Of a DNA stretch of 64,000 bases, positions 49,279-60,678 are shown piece after piece. Position numbers and translations under genes: made by a program. This DNA comes from Bythopirellula sp. Its GTDB lineage: Bacteria > Planctomycetota > Planctomycetia > Pirellulales > Lacipirellulaceae. Every line of letters begins with the position of its first letter. The stretch's first letter is position 1. The notes below the pieces were generated by a model. That model made no database searches and was not told the DNA's origin. It saw only the letters and a list, made by a program, of their open reading frames with translations. The stretch lies in contig OZ244170.1 in the NCBI GenBank assembly GCA_965216565.1, positions 544,001 through 608,000 on the forward strand. Direction: 5' to 3'.

Positions 49279-49815
49279 TTATTTGGCTAGAAGAGACGTG
49301 ATGGCGGCTTTGATGTCGCCAGGCTCAGCCATGCGACCCACTCCCTTATCGCGGCAGCTCAGCCAGCCTTCTTGAGGGTCGGCGAATTGAACGCCGTCAT
49401 CTTGCAATTGCTGAAAATTCCGCTGCACTGCAGGTTTCTCCCACATCTCTCCGTTCATGGCGGGGGCCATCAGGACAGGTCCGCGGAATGAAAGCAGTAG
49501 CGTGCTGAGCAGATCGTCGGCCATCCCAAGTGCGGCTTTGGCCATGAAATCGGCCGACGTGGGGGCGATGCAAAGCAACTCCGCCTTTCGGGCGAGTTCG
49601 ATGTGCGCGCCAAGAGGGTAACGGCGGTCGAAGATATCGGTGCAAACACCGCGGCCGGTCAGCGCCCGAAATGTTGCCGCGCCAATGAATTCTTGTGCGG
49701 AATGCGTCAGAACGACTGTTACACCAAAGTCGCTTTGCACCAAATCACTGACCAGGGAAGCCACCTTGTAGGCCGCGATTCCACCGGTAACACCAACAAC
49801 AATTTCCTGAGGCAT
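49279..49815 (-). CDS. coaC: Phosphopantothenoylcysteine decarboxylase (stand-alone)
   Basis: GVTGGIAAYK, APAMN, LSC...GVGRMAEP. Confidence 0.92.
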   Translation of the reverse strand: MPQEIVVGVTGGIAAYKVASLVSDLVQSDFGVTVVLTHSAQEFIGAATFRALTGRGVCTDIFDRRYPLGAHIELARKAELLCIAPTSADFMAKAALGMADDLLSTLLLSFRGPVLMAPAMNGEMWEKPAVQRNFQQLQDDGVQFADPQEGWLSCRDKGVGRMAEPGDIKAAITSLLAK

Positions 49816-49838
49816 GCGAGTCTTGGTTGTCTCAGGGT

Positions 49839-50105
49839 TTAAAGATCAGACAAGTTCAATTCCGGTGGACCACCGCCTGCTTCGGGAGTCTCGCTGGCAA
49901 TCTGAACTTCGTTCGAGCTATCCAGGTAGATCTTGTCTTGCAGAATCTCTTGAACAACTACTTCCATTTTGTCTTCTGAATTGAAATCTACGAGGGCACG
50001 GGCACCAGCGTTGATGGCTGCTAGGCGTTTCTGGATCAGGGTAGAAAGCTTAAAGCGTCCGCCTACTTTTCGTACGATCTCTTCTTCTTTCAAGGCATCA
50101 ATCAT
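49839..50105 (-). CDS. rpoZ: RNA polymerase omega subunit
   Basis: KVGGRFKLSTLIQKR; gmk-rpoZ-coaBC synteny. Confidence 0.88.
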   Translation of the reverse strand: MIDALKEEEIVRKVGGRFKLSTLIQKRLAAINAGARALVDFNSEDKMEVVVQEILQDKIYLDSSNEVQIASETPEAGGGPPELNLSDL

Positions 50106-50691
50106 TACTTAAACCTTTGTCGATTAGAATCTGACTTATTTCTTCGACCGCCTCGCGGACCGAATCGTTGATTACTTGGTGTTCGTAGCCTTCAGCCAAG
50201 TCGAGTTCGCGTTGCGCCGCACTCAAACGCCGCTGGATTGCTTCTTCGTTTTCGGTGCCCCGGCTGCGGAGACGCCGTTCCAGTTCTGCCAAGGTTTCGG
50301 GACGGATAAAGATGGTCAGTGCTTGACCGAACCTCTCAAGCACCTCCTCCGCTCCTTCAACATCAATCTCCAAGATAACCCATTGTCCCGCTTCCAGGCT
50401 AGGGCTGACTTCGCTGACCAAGGTGCCATACCAGTGTCCGTGGCCAAAAACCTCGACACATTCCAGGAATTCGCCGGATTCCCGCCGACGAGCAAATTCT
50501 TCCTGCGACAGGTAATGGTAGTCGACACCGTCCTGCTCGCCAGGTCGGGGAGGACGAGTCGTGGCCGACACGCTCATGCGAAGGCTGCGTGGGAACCGTG
50601 CCAAGACTTCCTTCACAACCGTAGATTTGCCCACTCCCGAAGGTCCAGAAATTACAACCAGATTGCCCGGGACAACGCTATCCATACTCAT
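50098..50691 (-). CDS. gmk: Guanylate kinase
   Basis: SGPSGVGKST, SATTRPPRPGEQDGVDY. Confidence 0.97.
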   Translation of the reverse strand: MSMDSVVPGNLVVISGPSGVGKSTVVKEVLARFPRSLRMSVSATTRPPRPGEQDGVDYHYLSQEEFARRRESGEFLECVEVFGHGHWYGTLVSEVSPSLEAGQWVILEIDVEGAEEVLERFGQALTIFIRPETLAELERRLRSRGTENEEAIQRRLSAAQRELDLAEGYEHQVINDSVREAVEEISQILIDKGLSND

Positions 50692-50694
50692 TCG

Positions 50695-51582
50695 TTACTG
50701 CACGTTCTGAATCTGTTCTCGGATGCGTTCCAAGGCTGTCTTGATTTCTACCACCTGAGAAGAGATTTCCGCGTCGTTTGCCTTAGAGCCAATGGTGTTG
50801 GTCTCTCGGCCCATTTCTTGGCAGATAAACTCCAGCTTACGTCCTGCACTTTCCTCAAGCTCCAAGGCCTCGTGGAATTGCTGCAGGTGGCTCTTCAAGC
50901 GGACCACTTCTTCGGAGATGTCCGAGCGATCGGCAAACATTGCCACTTCTCGAATTAAATCTGGTGGCTCAACGGTGACTTTTAGTTCTCCAAGGACCTC
51001 AGCTACCCGATCCTCGATCCGTTTTCGATAATGCTCGACGACGCGGGGCGCAAGCTCTTCGATGGCCTCCAAACTCTGTTTCACGGCTAAGCATTGCTGA
51101 CGCAAGTCTTCACCGAGTGCGGCTCCCTCAGCAGCGCGCATTTCGGTGAGATTCTCAAGCGCTCTGCGCAGCAATGGTTCGAGCAACGGCCAAATTGCGG
51201 TGGGATCTTCTGCATCCTCGGAAAGCTCTTCGACCACACCAGGTAAACCAGTTAGTGACTCGAGTCGGACTCGCTCGTCCAAATTACGCTTGGCCGCGAT
51301 CTCTTGCAATTGATCGACGTAGAGGTTCACCAATTGCTTGTTGATGCGATAATCGTCGGCAACGCCGATATGACGAATTCGCAAATTGCATTGTACGGTG
51401 CCGCGCTTAACGAATTCGCGGATAACCTTCTCCGCAGAAGATTCCAGTGCTCCATAGCCTTCCGTCATGCGCAGGCTTAATTTGAAGTGGCGGCTGTTTA
51501 CGGTGCGCAGCTCGACAGAAAACGCGTAGTCGTCGCGTTTTTCGCGGACTTCACCAAAACCAGTCATGCTCAGCAAAGACAC
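50695..51582 (-). CDS. yicC: YicC-family endoribonuclease
   Basis: SMTGFG, DISEEVVRL, GRKLEF..QEMGRETNTIGSK. Confidence 0.95.
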   Translation of the reverse strand: MSLLSMTGFGEVREKRDDYAFSVELRTVNSRHFKLSLRMTEGYGALESSAEKVIREFVKRGTVQCNLRIRHIGVADDYRINKQLVNLYVDQLQEIAAKRNLDERVRLESLTGLPGVVEELSEDAEDPTAIWPLLEPLLRRALENLTEMRAAEGAALGEDLRQQCLAVKQSLEAIEELAPRVVEHYRKRIEDRVAEVLGELKVTVEPPDLIREVAMFADRSDISEEVVRLKSHLQQFHEALELEESAGRKLEFICQEMGRETNTIGSKANDAEISSQVVEIKTALERIREQIQNVQ

Positions 51583-51646
51583 GCTGAATCCTTATGCGAC
51601 ATGCGATGGAATCAAACCAGCATAGACAGGGAGCAAGACGATGCGA

Positions 51647-52129
51647 TTACTCTTGCTCTTCGGAGGTTTCGGATGTGTTATCGGAATTCGCCTCAGAAGC
51701 CGATTCCGCGTCAGCACCTCCGTTGGCAGTCTCGTCGGAGAAGACCTCGTCGATTGGGCCCCCATCGCTATTTTCCCCGTCACCACCTTCTTCGGCAGGG
51801 GCAGTCAAACCAGGGCCCGTGCTAGCGGGCGGTGCGACAGCACCACGTCCACCTGTGTCGAGCCTGCTTTCGCTACTCGGCCCGAGATTAACCGCTGCGA
51901 TACAGAGTACAATCCACACAAACGCTGCCACGATGGTCACGCGGGTAAATACGTCGCCGGCCTTGGCACCAAAAGCGCTGGACCCCCCCATGCCACCGAG
52001 GGCACCTGCCAATCCGCCACCCCGCCCTCGTTGCACAAGGACTAACAGGATCAGGAAGATTGCCACGACAATTAGCAAGAGTTTGACAATCGCTTGTCCA
52101 AGGGCTGCCAACAGAAGGAAATTCACCAC
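51647..52129 (-). CDS. secG: Preprotein translocase subunit SecG
   Basis: LVLVQRGRGGGL..A.GG...SAFG; downstream of tpiA. Confidence 0.92.
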   Translation of the reverse strand: MVNFLLLAALGQAIVKLLLIVVAIFLILLVLVQRGRGGGLAGALGGMGGSSAFGAKAGDVFTRVTIVAAFVWIVLCIAAVNLGPSSESRLDTGGRGAVAPPASTGPGLTAPAEEGGDGENSDGGPIDEVFSDETANGGADAESASEANSDNTSETSEEQE

Positions 52130-52214
52130 ATTGCTCCGCTTGTTAGGTGATTAGTTGTTTGGTAACTGGCTAGGAGGAAAAAAACTGACTACGCTTGGTT
52201 TACTAACCGAGGAG

Positions 52215-52985
52215 TCAAGCCTGCGCCGCCGCCGTCCCCGCCAAGGCAATGGCAAGGAAATCGTCGGCCTTGAGACTTGCTCCGCCGATGAGTGCCCCAT
52301 CGACGTTTGGCAACGCCAGCAGATCTCCAGCGTTGTCGGGCTTCACACTGCCACCGTACAAGATTCGCACCTTGTCGGCGACTTGGTCATTGTAACGTGT
52401 GGCCAGCAATTTGCGTAGGTCGGCATGGACCTCTTCGGCCTGTTCTGGTGTAGCCACTTTCCCGGTTCCAATGGCCCAGACTGGCTCGTAGGCGATTACG
52501 ATCGAAGCCATGGCTTCTTCCGAGACATCAGCCAGAGAGCCTTCAAATTGAGAGCGGATCACTTCGGCCGTATTTCCAGCTTCGCGCTCTTCCAGCAATT
52601 CGCCCACGCAAACGATCGGCTTGAGTCCTGCAGCTAGGGCTGCCACAGTTTTCTTGTTAATGTCCTCGTCCGTCTCGCCCATCACATGCCGTCGCTCGCT
52701 ATGGCCGAGGATCACGTACGTGGTGCCGATGTCTCGAAGCATTGCTGCGCTCGTCTCACCGGTGAACGCTCCCTTCGCTTCGTGATACATATTCTGGGCC
52801 CCGAGCCCAACGCGGGCATTTCCAAGGGCATCACGAACGGCAGTCAAATAAATCGTCGGGGGACAAACTAACAATTCCACGTCTGCAGCCTCGACGGCAC
52901 GCGTGGCAATCGCCGAAGCTAGCTCAGTAGCCGTTTCGGTTTCAGTGTTCATCTTCCAATTGCCGGCAATTAACGGCGTTCGCAT
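52215..52985 (-). CDS. tpiA: Triosephosphate isomerase
   Basis: [30 protein letters not shown]. Confidence 0.98.
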   Translation of the reverse strand: MRTPLIAGNWKMNTETETATELASAIATRAVEAADVELLVCPPTIYLTAVRDALGNARVGLGAQNMYHEAKGAFTGETSAAMLRDIGTTYVILGHSERRHVMGETDEDINKKTVAALAAGLKPIVCVGELLEEREAGNTAEVIRSQFEGSLADVSEEAMASIVIAYEPVWAIGTGKVATPEQAEEVHADLRKLLATRYNDQVADKVRILYGGSVKPDNAGDLLALPNVDGALIGGASLKADDFLAIALAGTAAAQA

Positions 52986-53063
52986 TTCATTTCTCCAAGA
53001 ACAACATGTATCGGATGGGGCGGCTCTATGTACCCGCCGGGGTGCTCGACTTAGCCCCTCAGT

Positions 53064-54158
53064 TTAGCCAATAACCTCAGCCTGCGCATAGGAGCCAAGT
53101 ATGGTTAGCCGCACAGCCTTTTTCTCCAGAGAGGCCAGAGCCCGACGGGCCCGCAACTCACTGGCATGGCCTTGAAACTCCACAAAGAAAAAGTAGCGGC
53201 CTCGCTGGCCGGGAACGGGAAACGATTCGATCCACGTCATATTTAATCGCTGTCGTTTGAAAATGCCCATCGCATCCGCCAAGGCACCCGGTTTGTGATC
53301 GAGTTCGAAAACGATCGAGGTCTTGTCATTCCCCGTTTTCGTCCCGCTATGGTTGGCGATGACAGCGAACCGGGTGACATTGTCGGGATTGTCTTCGATG
53401 TTGCGGGCTAGAACTTGCAGGCCGTGATTCACTCCTGCCTGCTGACTGGCAATGGCTGCCGACTTGGGTTCGTCAGCAGCACGGCGGGCGGCTTCGCCAG
53501 TGCTAGAAACCTCGCGAAGTTCGACGCCGCCCATACGTTTGCTCAGCCAATTGCGGCACTGGGAGAGTGGCTGTGTCTTGCTATAGATGCGTTCGACCTG
53601 TTCGCGAGAACCAGTCCCGAGTAGGCAGTGATGTATGGCCAACGGTATCTCACCGCAAATTTTCAAAGGTGAGCGCGCTAAACAATCTAACGCATCCGTC
53701 ACGCGTCCATCGGTGGAGTTTTCGATGGGAACAATTCCATATTCCACGTGGCCACTTTCAACCTCGTCGAACACCGCGGCTATGGAAACCACCGGGACGA
53801 AAGTCACGCTTTGGCCAAATTGCTCAACTGCGGCCAGGTGACTGTAAGTGAACTCAGGGCCCAAGAATGCCACATGAGTGGGTCGCGCCGTTGCGCTGCA
53901 GGCGCTGACTATTTCGCGAAAAATTGCTTGCACAGAGTCGGTGGTCAACGGGCCATCATTCTGATTAACGATTCTCTGTAGTGCATCTGGATTGATCCCC
54001 GACCACGAAGACTCACCTGCCTCGCGTTGAGCAGTGAGAGTCGCGCGGTGATTCGCGAGTGCCAGGATCTCTTTGTCAATTTTGTCGATCTGCCGCGTCG
54101 ACGGTTTTCGCATCGGCGCTGTGGACGACTTCTTTTTGTTGGTGCGTTTTTTTGCCAT
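53064..54158 (-). CDS. pheA: Chorismate mutase / prephenate dehydratase
   Basis: IDKIDKEILAL, PIENSTDG, NVTRF, ACT domain. Confidence 0.93.
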   Translation of the reverse strand: MAKKRTNKKKSSTAPMRKPSTRQIDKIDKEILALANHRATLTAQREAGESSWSGINPDALQRIVNQNDGPLTTDSVQAIFREIVSACSATARPTHVAFLGPEFTYSHLAAVEQFGQSVTFVPVVSIAAVFDEVESGHVEYGIVPIENSTDGRVTDALDCLARSPLKICGEIPLAIHHCLLGTGSREQVERIYSKTQPLSQCRNWLSKRMGGVELREVSSTGEAARRAADEPKSAAIASQQAGVNHGLQVLARNIEDNPDNVTRFAVIANHSGTKTGNDKTSIVFELDHKPGALADAMGIFKRQRLNMTWIESFPVPGQRGRYFFFVEFQGHASELRARRALASLEKKAVRLTILGSYAQAEVIG

Positions 54159-54428
54159 AGCTGAGTAGTATGTGGGCCCGGCGCTCTACCGCCAAGACAA
54201 CTTGTCGGAGGTGTTGAGAATGAATTTGGGACCAGGCTGAAGCGAGAGATGCAAGTCAACAGTCTGCCAAACTGGCAACGGGCATCTTAGAGACACCGTG
54301 GGCATGTGTGCAGTGCGCTGCCAAAGTGGCAGATTTGGACCCAAAACTGCCATAATATGAAAGTGCCAAAATAGTCGTAAGTCTTGTTTTGATAGTGACT
54401 TACATAGAATTTGTGAGTTCGATTCGGG

Positions 54429-54444
54429 TGGCACACCCTTTGCT
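54429..54444 (+). promoter_or_regulatory. sigma54 promoter of dnaK-clpB
   Basis: TGGCACA-CCCT-TTGCT, matches the consensus. Confidence 0.8.
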
Positions 54445-54595
54445 TCAATCTGTGTTCGACCGTCGAGGTTCCATTTCCGGGGCTTCTGCGAGTCCAACTA
54501 ATTGCAAACCTACATACCCGGCAGCGAGAACTGCCGTTCCAAGGCAGAACAGATAGTCTGCCACCAAATAACTGCACTCAAGAGGAGATCACGCA

Positions 54596-56512
54596 ATGGC
54601 TGCGGGAGAAAAAATTATTGGCATCGATCTGGGCACTACCAACTCGGTAGTGGCTGTGATGGAAGGTAAAGAAGCGAAGGTCATTCCGAACCCGGAAGGA
54701 AACCGCCTCACGCCTAGTGTCGTTGCTTTTACAGATAAAGAAGAAGTCTTAGTTGGCGAACCAGCTCGTCGCCAGGCTGTGACTAATCCTTCGCGAACGG
54801 TTTATTCCATCAAGCGATTCATGGGACGACGTCACAACGAGGTCGCTTCGGAAGAGAAGATGGTTCCCTACGAGGTTGTAGGCGGCCCCGAAGATTACGT
54901 GAAGGTGAAAGTCAATGATCAGGAATTCACCCCGCCAGAAATTTCTGCGAAGACCTTGCGTAAGCTTAAGGAATCGGCGGAAGCCTATTTGGGGCACACA
55001 GTCAACAAGGCCGTAATCACCGTTCCGGCGTATTTCAATGACGCCCAACGTCAAGCAACCAAAGATGCTGGGCAGATTGCTGGGCTTGAAGTCGCGCGCA
55101 TTATCAACGAACCGACCGCTGCGTCTCTCGCTTATGGTTTGGATCGCAAAGCACAAGAAACGATTTGTGTGTTTGACCTTGGTGGCGGTACGTTCGACGT
55201 CTCCATTTTGGAAGTTGCTGATGGTGTATTCCGCGTGATCTCCACCAATGGTGATACTCACTTGGGTGGTGACGACTTTGATGAAGAACTGATTAACTAC
55301 GTCGCCGACGAGTTTAAAAAAGAGCAAGGCATCGACTTGCGTGGCGATCAAATGGCTCTACAGCGTTTGCAGGAAGCTTGCGAGAAGGCCAAGAAAGAGT
55401 TGAGCTCGGCCCAAGCGACCGACATCAACTTGCCGTTCATCACGGCCGACGCTAGTGGTCCAAAGCATTTGCAGATGAACATCACTCGCGCCCAGTTCGA
55501 AAAACTCGTCGACGGTTTAGTCGAACGCGTGAAGGGACCGCTGAAAAAGGCTCTGGAAGATGCCAAGTTGAGCCCTAGCGATATCGACGAAATCGTTCTG
55601 GTTGGCGGCTCAACGCGAATTCCTAAGGTGCAAGAAGCCGTAAAGGAAATCTTCGGCAAAGATCCCCACAAGGGGGTGAATCCTGATGAAGTGGTGGCTA
55701 TTGGGGCCGCGATTCAGGGTGGTGTGCTCTCTGGTGAAGTGCAGGACATCCTATTGTTGGACGTCACACCATTATCACTGGGCATCGAAACCCTTGGGGG
55801 TGTAATGACCAAACTTGTGGAGCGAAACACCACGGTTCCTACGGAGCGCAAGCAGGTGTTTAGCACTGCTGACGACAATCAAACAGCAGTGACCGTCCGC
55901 GTGTTCCAAGGCGAACGCGAAATGTGCGCCGACAACCGCTTGCTCGGTCAGTTCAATCTGGAAGGCATCCCGCCCGCGCCGCGTGGTGTACCACAGATCG
56001 AGGTGAAATTCGACATTGATGCGAATGGTATTCTCAACGTTTCAGCAAAGGACCTCGGCACGGGCACAGAACAATCTGTGCAAATCGAGCAGTCCAGCGG
56101 ACTGAGCGAAGAGGAAATCGATCGCATGCAAAAAGATGCCTCGGAACATGCCGAGGAGGACAAAAAGAAACGTACCCTGATTGAAGCCCGCAACGAAGCG
56201 GAGTCGCGCAGCTATCAACTAGAGAAGTTGATCAAGGAGCAAGGCGACAGTTTGGGCGAGGAGGATAAGTCGTCACTAGAAGCCGCCATCGCGAAAGTAC
56301 GCGAAGCGGCCAAGGGCGAAGATGCCGACGCCATCAAGAGTGCCATCGGCGAATTGGAAACTGCATCGCACGCGATGAGCGAAGCACTCTACAAAAATGC
56401 GGGTGCCGCAGGGGGCGAGGAGACCGCAGCGTCCGGTGCCGCGGGCGATACGTCGTCCGACGAATCCTCCGATGACGACGCAATCGACGCCGAGTTCGAG
56501 GTGAAAAGTTAA
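54596..56512 (+). CDS. dnaK: Chaperone DnaK
   Basis: [30 protein letters not shown]. Confidence 0.99.
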   Translation: MAAGEKIIGIDLGTTNSVVAVMEGKEAKVIPNPEGNRLTPSVVAFTDKEEVLVGEPARRQAVTNPSRTVYSIKRFMGRRHNEVASEEKMVPYEVVGGPEDYVKVKVNDQEFTPPEISAKTLRKLKESAEAYLGHTVNKAVITVPAYFNDAQRQATKDAGQIAGLEVARIINEPTAASLAYGLDRKAQETICVFDLGGGTFDVSILEVADGVFRVISTNGDTHLGGDDFDEELINYVADEFKKEQGIDLRGDQMALQRLQEACEKAKKELSSAQATDINLPFITADASGPKHLQMNITRAQFEKLVDGLVERVKGPLKKALEDAKLSPSDIDEIVLVGGSTRIPKVQEAVKEIFGKDPHKGVNPDEVVAIGAAIQGGVLSGEVQDILLLDVTPLSLGIETLGGVMTKLVERNTTVPTERKQVFSTADDNQTAVTVRVFQGEREMCADNRLLGQFNLEGIPPAPRGVPQIEVKFDIDANGILNVSAKDLGTGTEQSVQIEQSSGLSEEEIDRMQKDASEHAEEDKKKRTLIEARNEAESRSYQLEKLIKEQGDSLGEEDKSSLEAAIAKVREAAKGEDADAIKSAIGELETASHAMSEALYKNAGAAGGEETAASGAAGDTSSDESSDDDAIDAEFEVKS

Positions 56513-56587
56513 ACCAATGCTCTCAGCATTCAGCCATCAGCAGTCAGCTCCTGGCTGAACGCTGTGAGCTGACCGCTAGGAGCTAAC

Positions 56588-59260
56588 ATGGCATTTGGAT
56601 TCGACAAACTGACGATCAAGGCCCAAGAGGCCGTGCAGCGGGGGCAAGAACTTGCCGCCGACGCGGGGAATCCCCAGTTCGAGCCGCTGCATCTGCTCTC
56701 GGCCTTGCTCTCTGAGCCTGAGGGGGTTGTTCGTCCGCTGTTGGATCGGATGGGCGTCAATCAAGCACGGCTTAATGAAATTGTCGAAGCCGAACTGGGC
56801 CACTTCCCAAAGACCAGCGGTGGTGCGCCGCCGCAACCCAGTCAAGAACTGGGCAAAGTATTCGAGGCGGCGCAAGCTCAAGCCGAAACGATGCAGGACG
56901 AGTTTGTCTCAACCGAGCATCTCCTCCTGGCACTCGCCAAAGTTAAGGGTAAGGCGCAAGATACGCTCCAGCTTAATGCCATTGGCGAGCAGAATATTCT
57001 CGACGCCCTGAAAGACGTCCGTGGCAGCGCTCGTGTAACGGATCAAACGCCGGAAGACAAATTTCAGGCCCTGGAAAAGTACGGCATTGATTTGGTAGCC
57101 CGTGCCGAGGCGGACAAGCTCGATCCGGTAATTGGCCGCGATCAGGAAATTCGCCGAGTGATTCAGGTGCTGTCGCGTCGCACGAAGAACAATCCGGTGC
57201 TCATCGGCGAGCCTGGCGTTGGCAAAACGGCAATCGCTGAAGGCCTCGCACTCCGCATAGTGCAGAGCGACGTTCCGCAAAGTTTGAAGAATAAACGTGT
57301 AGTCGCCCTCGATATGGGGGCGTTGATCGCCGGTACAAAATTCCGTGGCGAATTCGAGGAACGACTTAAGGCTGTGCTCCGCGAGGTAGAAGATGCCGGC
57401 GGCGGCGTGATCCTATTCATCGATGAATTGCATACCGTTGTTGGAGCCGGTGCAGCCGAAGGTGGTAGCGATGCGGCTAATCTGCTGAAGCCGGCATTGG
57501 CTCGCGGCGAACTCCGTTGTATCGGTGCGACCACCCTCGACGAATACCGCAAATACATTGAGAAAGATGCGGCCCTGGAACGCCGTTTCCAACCGGTGTT
57601 CGTGGGCGAGCCGAACGTGGAAGACACGATCGCCATTCTACGTGGCCTCAAGTCTCGCTACGAAGCACACCATAAGGGCGTAAAGATCAAAGATTCTGCG
57701 CTCGTTGCCGCGGCAGAACTTTCGCAACGCTACATCACCGATCGGTTTCTGCCCGATAAGGCGATTGATCTGATGGACGAAGCCACCAGCAGATTAGCCA
57801 TGGAATTGGAAAGTGTTCCTGAGGAAATCGACAAAGTTCAGCGCCGATTGATGCAACTTGAGCTAGCCGCACGACAATTGACGGACGAAACCGAAGAGCA
57901 CGCACAACAGCGGTTAGCGGATATTAATGAGGAAATGCAGGAACTGAAACGTGAGCTAGCCGACCTCCGCGAACAGTGGGAGAGTGAAAAGTTGGGAGTG
58001 GGCGATGTAGCGCAAGTGCGGCAGCAGCTCCAAGAGGCAAATCATCACTACGAGCAAATCACCGCCACGGTCAAAGACAAGCAATCCGCAGGTCAGCAAG
58101 TGAGCGAGGAACTGTATCAATCTCTCTATGAATGGGATGTCAAACGCAATCAGCTGAACAAACAACTAGAAGAGCTGGAGACGCGGCAAGTCGAAACGCA
58201 GGATCAGGACGAATCGAAACGTCGTTTACTTCGCCAGGAAGTTGGTCCCGATGAAATCGCCGAGGTCGTCAGTGCTTGGACGGGCGTGCCCATTTCGCGC
58301 ATGCTCGAAACCGAGCGAGCCAAGTTGCTTGTTTTGGAAGAACGTTTACACCAACGGGTCATCGGCCAAGACGAAGCGGTCACGGCAGTGGCAAACGCGG
58401 TTCGCCGTAGCCGCAGTGGGTTGCAAGACCCCAATCGGCCCATTGGTTCGTTTCTCTTCTGTGGTCCTACCGGTGTAGGCAAGACTGAGCTATGCAAAGC
58501 CCTTGCAGAGACATTGTTCGATGACGAGCATGCCATGATTCGGCTCGACATGAGCGAGTTCATGGAGAAACATACCGTAAGTCGGCTCATCGGAGCGCCC
58601 CCCGGTTACGTTGGTTATGAAGAAGGCGGAAAGCTGACGGAAGCCGTGCGCCGACGACCCTATTCAGTCGTCCTGCTTGATGAAATTGAAAAGGCACATC
58701 GCGATGTGTTCAATATTCTGCTTCAAGTTTTAGATGATGGCCGGCTAACGGACAATCATGGTCATACGGTCGACTTTACCAATACGATTGTAGTAATGAC
58801 CTCCAATGTCGGAAGCCAAATGATCCAGCAATTGGCTTCGGAAGGCGGCAGCGAAGAAGAGATTCGTAGCTCGCTAAACGAATCGCTTCGTGCACAATTC
58901 TTGCCGGAGTTTCTCAACCGTATTGACGAAACTATTGTTTTCCATCCGCTCGATCGAGATCAGGTGGCGAAGATCGTCGACCTACAGATCGGGCAGCTTG
59001 AGAAAACTTTGGCACGCCGAGAACTTGGATTGGTCGTCACCCAAGATGCACGCAAGGCAATCGCCGCGGAGGGGTACGATCCGATTTACGGGGCGCGTCC
59101 TGTGAAACGCGTGATTCAACAGTCTCTGCAAAATCCGTTGGCCACGGAACTCCTCAAGGGCGAATACCCAGAGGGTGCCATGGTAGAAATCGATTACGAA
59201 GGCGGTGAGTTCACGTTCCAACGCGTTGAGCAAAGCGAACCGGTCTCAGCTTCGGTTTAG
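56588..59260 (+). CDS. clpB: Disaggregase ClpB
   Basis: Two AAA+ modules ([16 protein letters not shown]) with long M-domain. Confidence 0.97.
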   Translation: MAFGFDKLTIKAQEAVQRGQELAADAGNPQFEPLHLLSALLSEPEGVVRPLLDRMGVNQARLNEIVEAELGHFPKTSGGAPPQPSQELGKVFEAAQAQAETMQDEFVSTEHLLLALAKVKGKAQDTLQLNAIGEQNILDALKDVRGSARVTDQTPEDKFQALEKYGIDLVARAEADKLDPVIGRDQEIRRVIQVLSRRTKNNPVLIGEPGVGKTAIAEGLALRIVQSDVPQSLKNKRVVALDMGALIAGTKFRGEFEERLKAVLREVEDAGGGVILFIDELHTVVGAGAAEGGSDAANLLKPALARGELRCIGATTLDEYRKYIEKDAALERRFQPVFVGEPNVEDTIAILRGLKSRYEAHHKGVKIKDSALVAAAELSQRYITDRFLPDKAIDLMDEATSRLAMELESVPEEIDKVQRRLMQLELAARQLTDETEEHAQQRLADINEEMQELKRELADLREQWESEKLGVGDVAQVRQQLQEANHHYEQITATVKDKQSAGQQVSEELYQSLYEWDVKRNQLNKQLEELETRQVETQDQDESKRRLLRQEVGPDEIAEVVSAWTGVPISRMLETERAKLLVLEERLHQRVIGQDEAVTAVANAVRRSRSGLQDPNRPIGSFLFCGPTGVGKTELCKALAETLFDDEHAMIRLDMSEFMEKHTVSRLIGAPPGYVGYEEGGKLTEAVRRRPYSVVLLDEIEKAHRDVFNILLQVLDDGRLTDNHGHTVDFTNTIVVMTSNVGSQMIQQLASEGGSEEEIRSSLNESLRAQFLPEFLNRIDETIVFHPLDRDQVAKIVDLQIGQLEKTLARRELGLVVTQDARKAIAAEGYDPIYGARPVKRVIQQSLQNPLATELLKGEYPEGAMVEIDYEGGEFTFQRVEQSEPVSASV

Positions 59261-59331
59261 ATTGATTGAAGGAACCTTCAAGGCCATTCCTTCAAGGGCA
59301 ATTGGCTACGTTTAAACATAGTAGCTAAGAG

Positions 59332-59523
59332 CTACCTGTCCGACTCGACCAGTTCCCACCGCTTGATGAGTTCTTCGGCACCCGGAGTCATCTCGCGCAA
59401 CTTTCGTGCGATTTCGATTTTCTCGCTAGGCGTGGCTTTCGCTAGACGCTTGCGAAAATGCTCTAGCTTCTCTCGACGCTTGCGACGGCGTCCCAACTCT
59501 TTCTGACGTTCACTTTTTCCCAC
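59332..59523 (-). CDS. Small basic conserved protein (DUF6800-like)
   Basis: SERQKELGRRRKRREKL...KLREMTPGA; GGAG RBS. Confidence 0.7.
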   Translation of the reverse strand: MGKSERQKELGRRRKRREKLEHFRKRLAKATPSEKIEIARKLREMTPGAEELIKRWELVESDR

Positions 59524-59764
59524 GGGTTCTCCCTAAGTCATCAATGAAGTTTGCGATCGCAAACTGCGGTCCGGATAAATAGTTTCAAGTCTTGTTTTGT
59601 AGCGTAATAACTGGGGATCGTCAACGCGGTGAGTTTCTCGCAACGGGGCTTTAGCCGGTGACACCGAGCAGCGATATAGGCTACAATTTCCGACTGAATC
59701 GAATCGAGGTCGCGAGTCACAAAAACCGCAAAAGGTTTAGTTTCGCAAGTAATCGATGAGCATC

Positions 59765-59849
59765 GGTCGGGTGGCAGAGTGGTCGAATGCACCGGTCTTG
59801 AAAACCGGCGATGGGCAACCATCCGGGGGTTCGAATCCCTCCCCGACCG
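59765..59849 (+). tRNA. tRNA-Ser (anticodon TGA), CCA not encoded
   Basis: GGTCGGG/CCCGACC acceptor, CCGGT-CTTGAAA-ACCGG, long variable arm, GTTCGAAT. Confidence 0.95.
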
Positions 59850-60010
59850 CTCATTGGCCGCTGGCGACTAACGTAGTGCTAATTTCTTCTAGCTCCGATT
59901 CGTTGATAACAGTATCGTCGCATTGCACTCGGCCGAACTGCACTCGATAGCGGTGGCTGCTCGAATGTTCCGCTATAAAACTCAAACTCTCAAGAACGAA
60001 ACGGACAAGC

Positions 60011-60454
60011 TTACAGTTGGTAGAGGTCTTGTAGCTTGGGAAATCCACAGCGTCCAGAACTACGCCTTATCGATAGAAGTTCGCCAATGGTGCGGCTACC
60101 TAAGAGCTCTTCGATTTTGGCCATAGCGGCGTCGAGTTCAGAATGGAACGGACACAGTTTAGTATGCCCGGCCAAGCCCAGTGGGCAACTGCGAATACGT
60201 TGGATGGGATCGACAGCGTTCAGCACATCAAGAATAGTCAGGTTGTTTGGATCTACCGTGAGAAATACTCCGCCGCCAGTGCCACGTTGTGAACCAACTA
60301 GCTCATTATCGCGGAGCTTATCAATCACCTTTCGTAGATAGGGTGCGTTGACTCGGATCTCTCGCGACATTTCCGGGATCGTGCTCATGCTCTCCGGACA
60401 ATTTGCCAGATGGGCGACAGCACGCAACGCATACTCGGCAGTTTGTGAAAACAG
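60011..60454 (-). CDS. Rrf2-family transcriptional regulator
   Basis: FSQTAEYALRA, YLRKV, SQRGTGGG, CPLG...LCPFH; probable CTG start. Confidence 0.92.
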   Translation of the reverse strand: MFSQTAEYALRAVAHLANCPESMSTIPEMSREIRVNAPYLRKVIDKLRDNELVGSQRGTGGGVFLTVDPNNLTILDVLNAVDPIQRIRSCPLGLAGHTKLCPFHSELDAAMAKIEELLGSRTIGELLSIRRSSGRCGFPKLQDLYQL

Positions 60455-60678
60455 TGGACACCTCTAATCTAAGTTAGAACACAGCATCTCTAATGACTAT
60501 AGCCAAGACACCAGCGATATTAGCCATAGGGGCAAACAATGTTGATTGTAGGCCATAGCTCAACTGTGGTCCACAAAGCTCGTAGCCGCTGGCATGAGGT
60601 CTACATGAGAAAGATCCCTTCAAAGATTGTTTGCCGACTGCAAATTGCTCAATTACATGATGCGTTACTATCCCTTGT

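Noticed and set aside
48632..49815. Split coaC and coaB
   Set aside because: Both have their own starts and intact motifs; a known arrangement, not a frameshift.
56520..56580. Short TCAGC/GCTGA repeats between dnaK and clpB
   Set aside because: Degenerate heptamer-type intergenic hairpin; no array structure.
26181..59233. Numerous antisense/overlapping ORFs within core genes
   Set aside because: Shadow ORFs of GC-biased codon usage.
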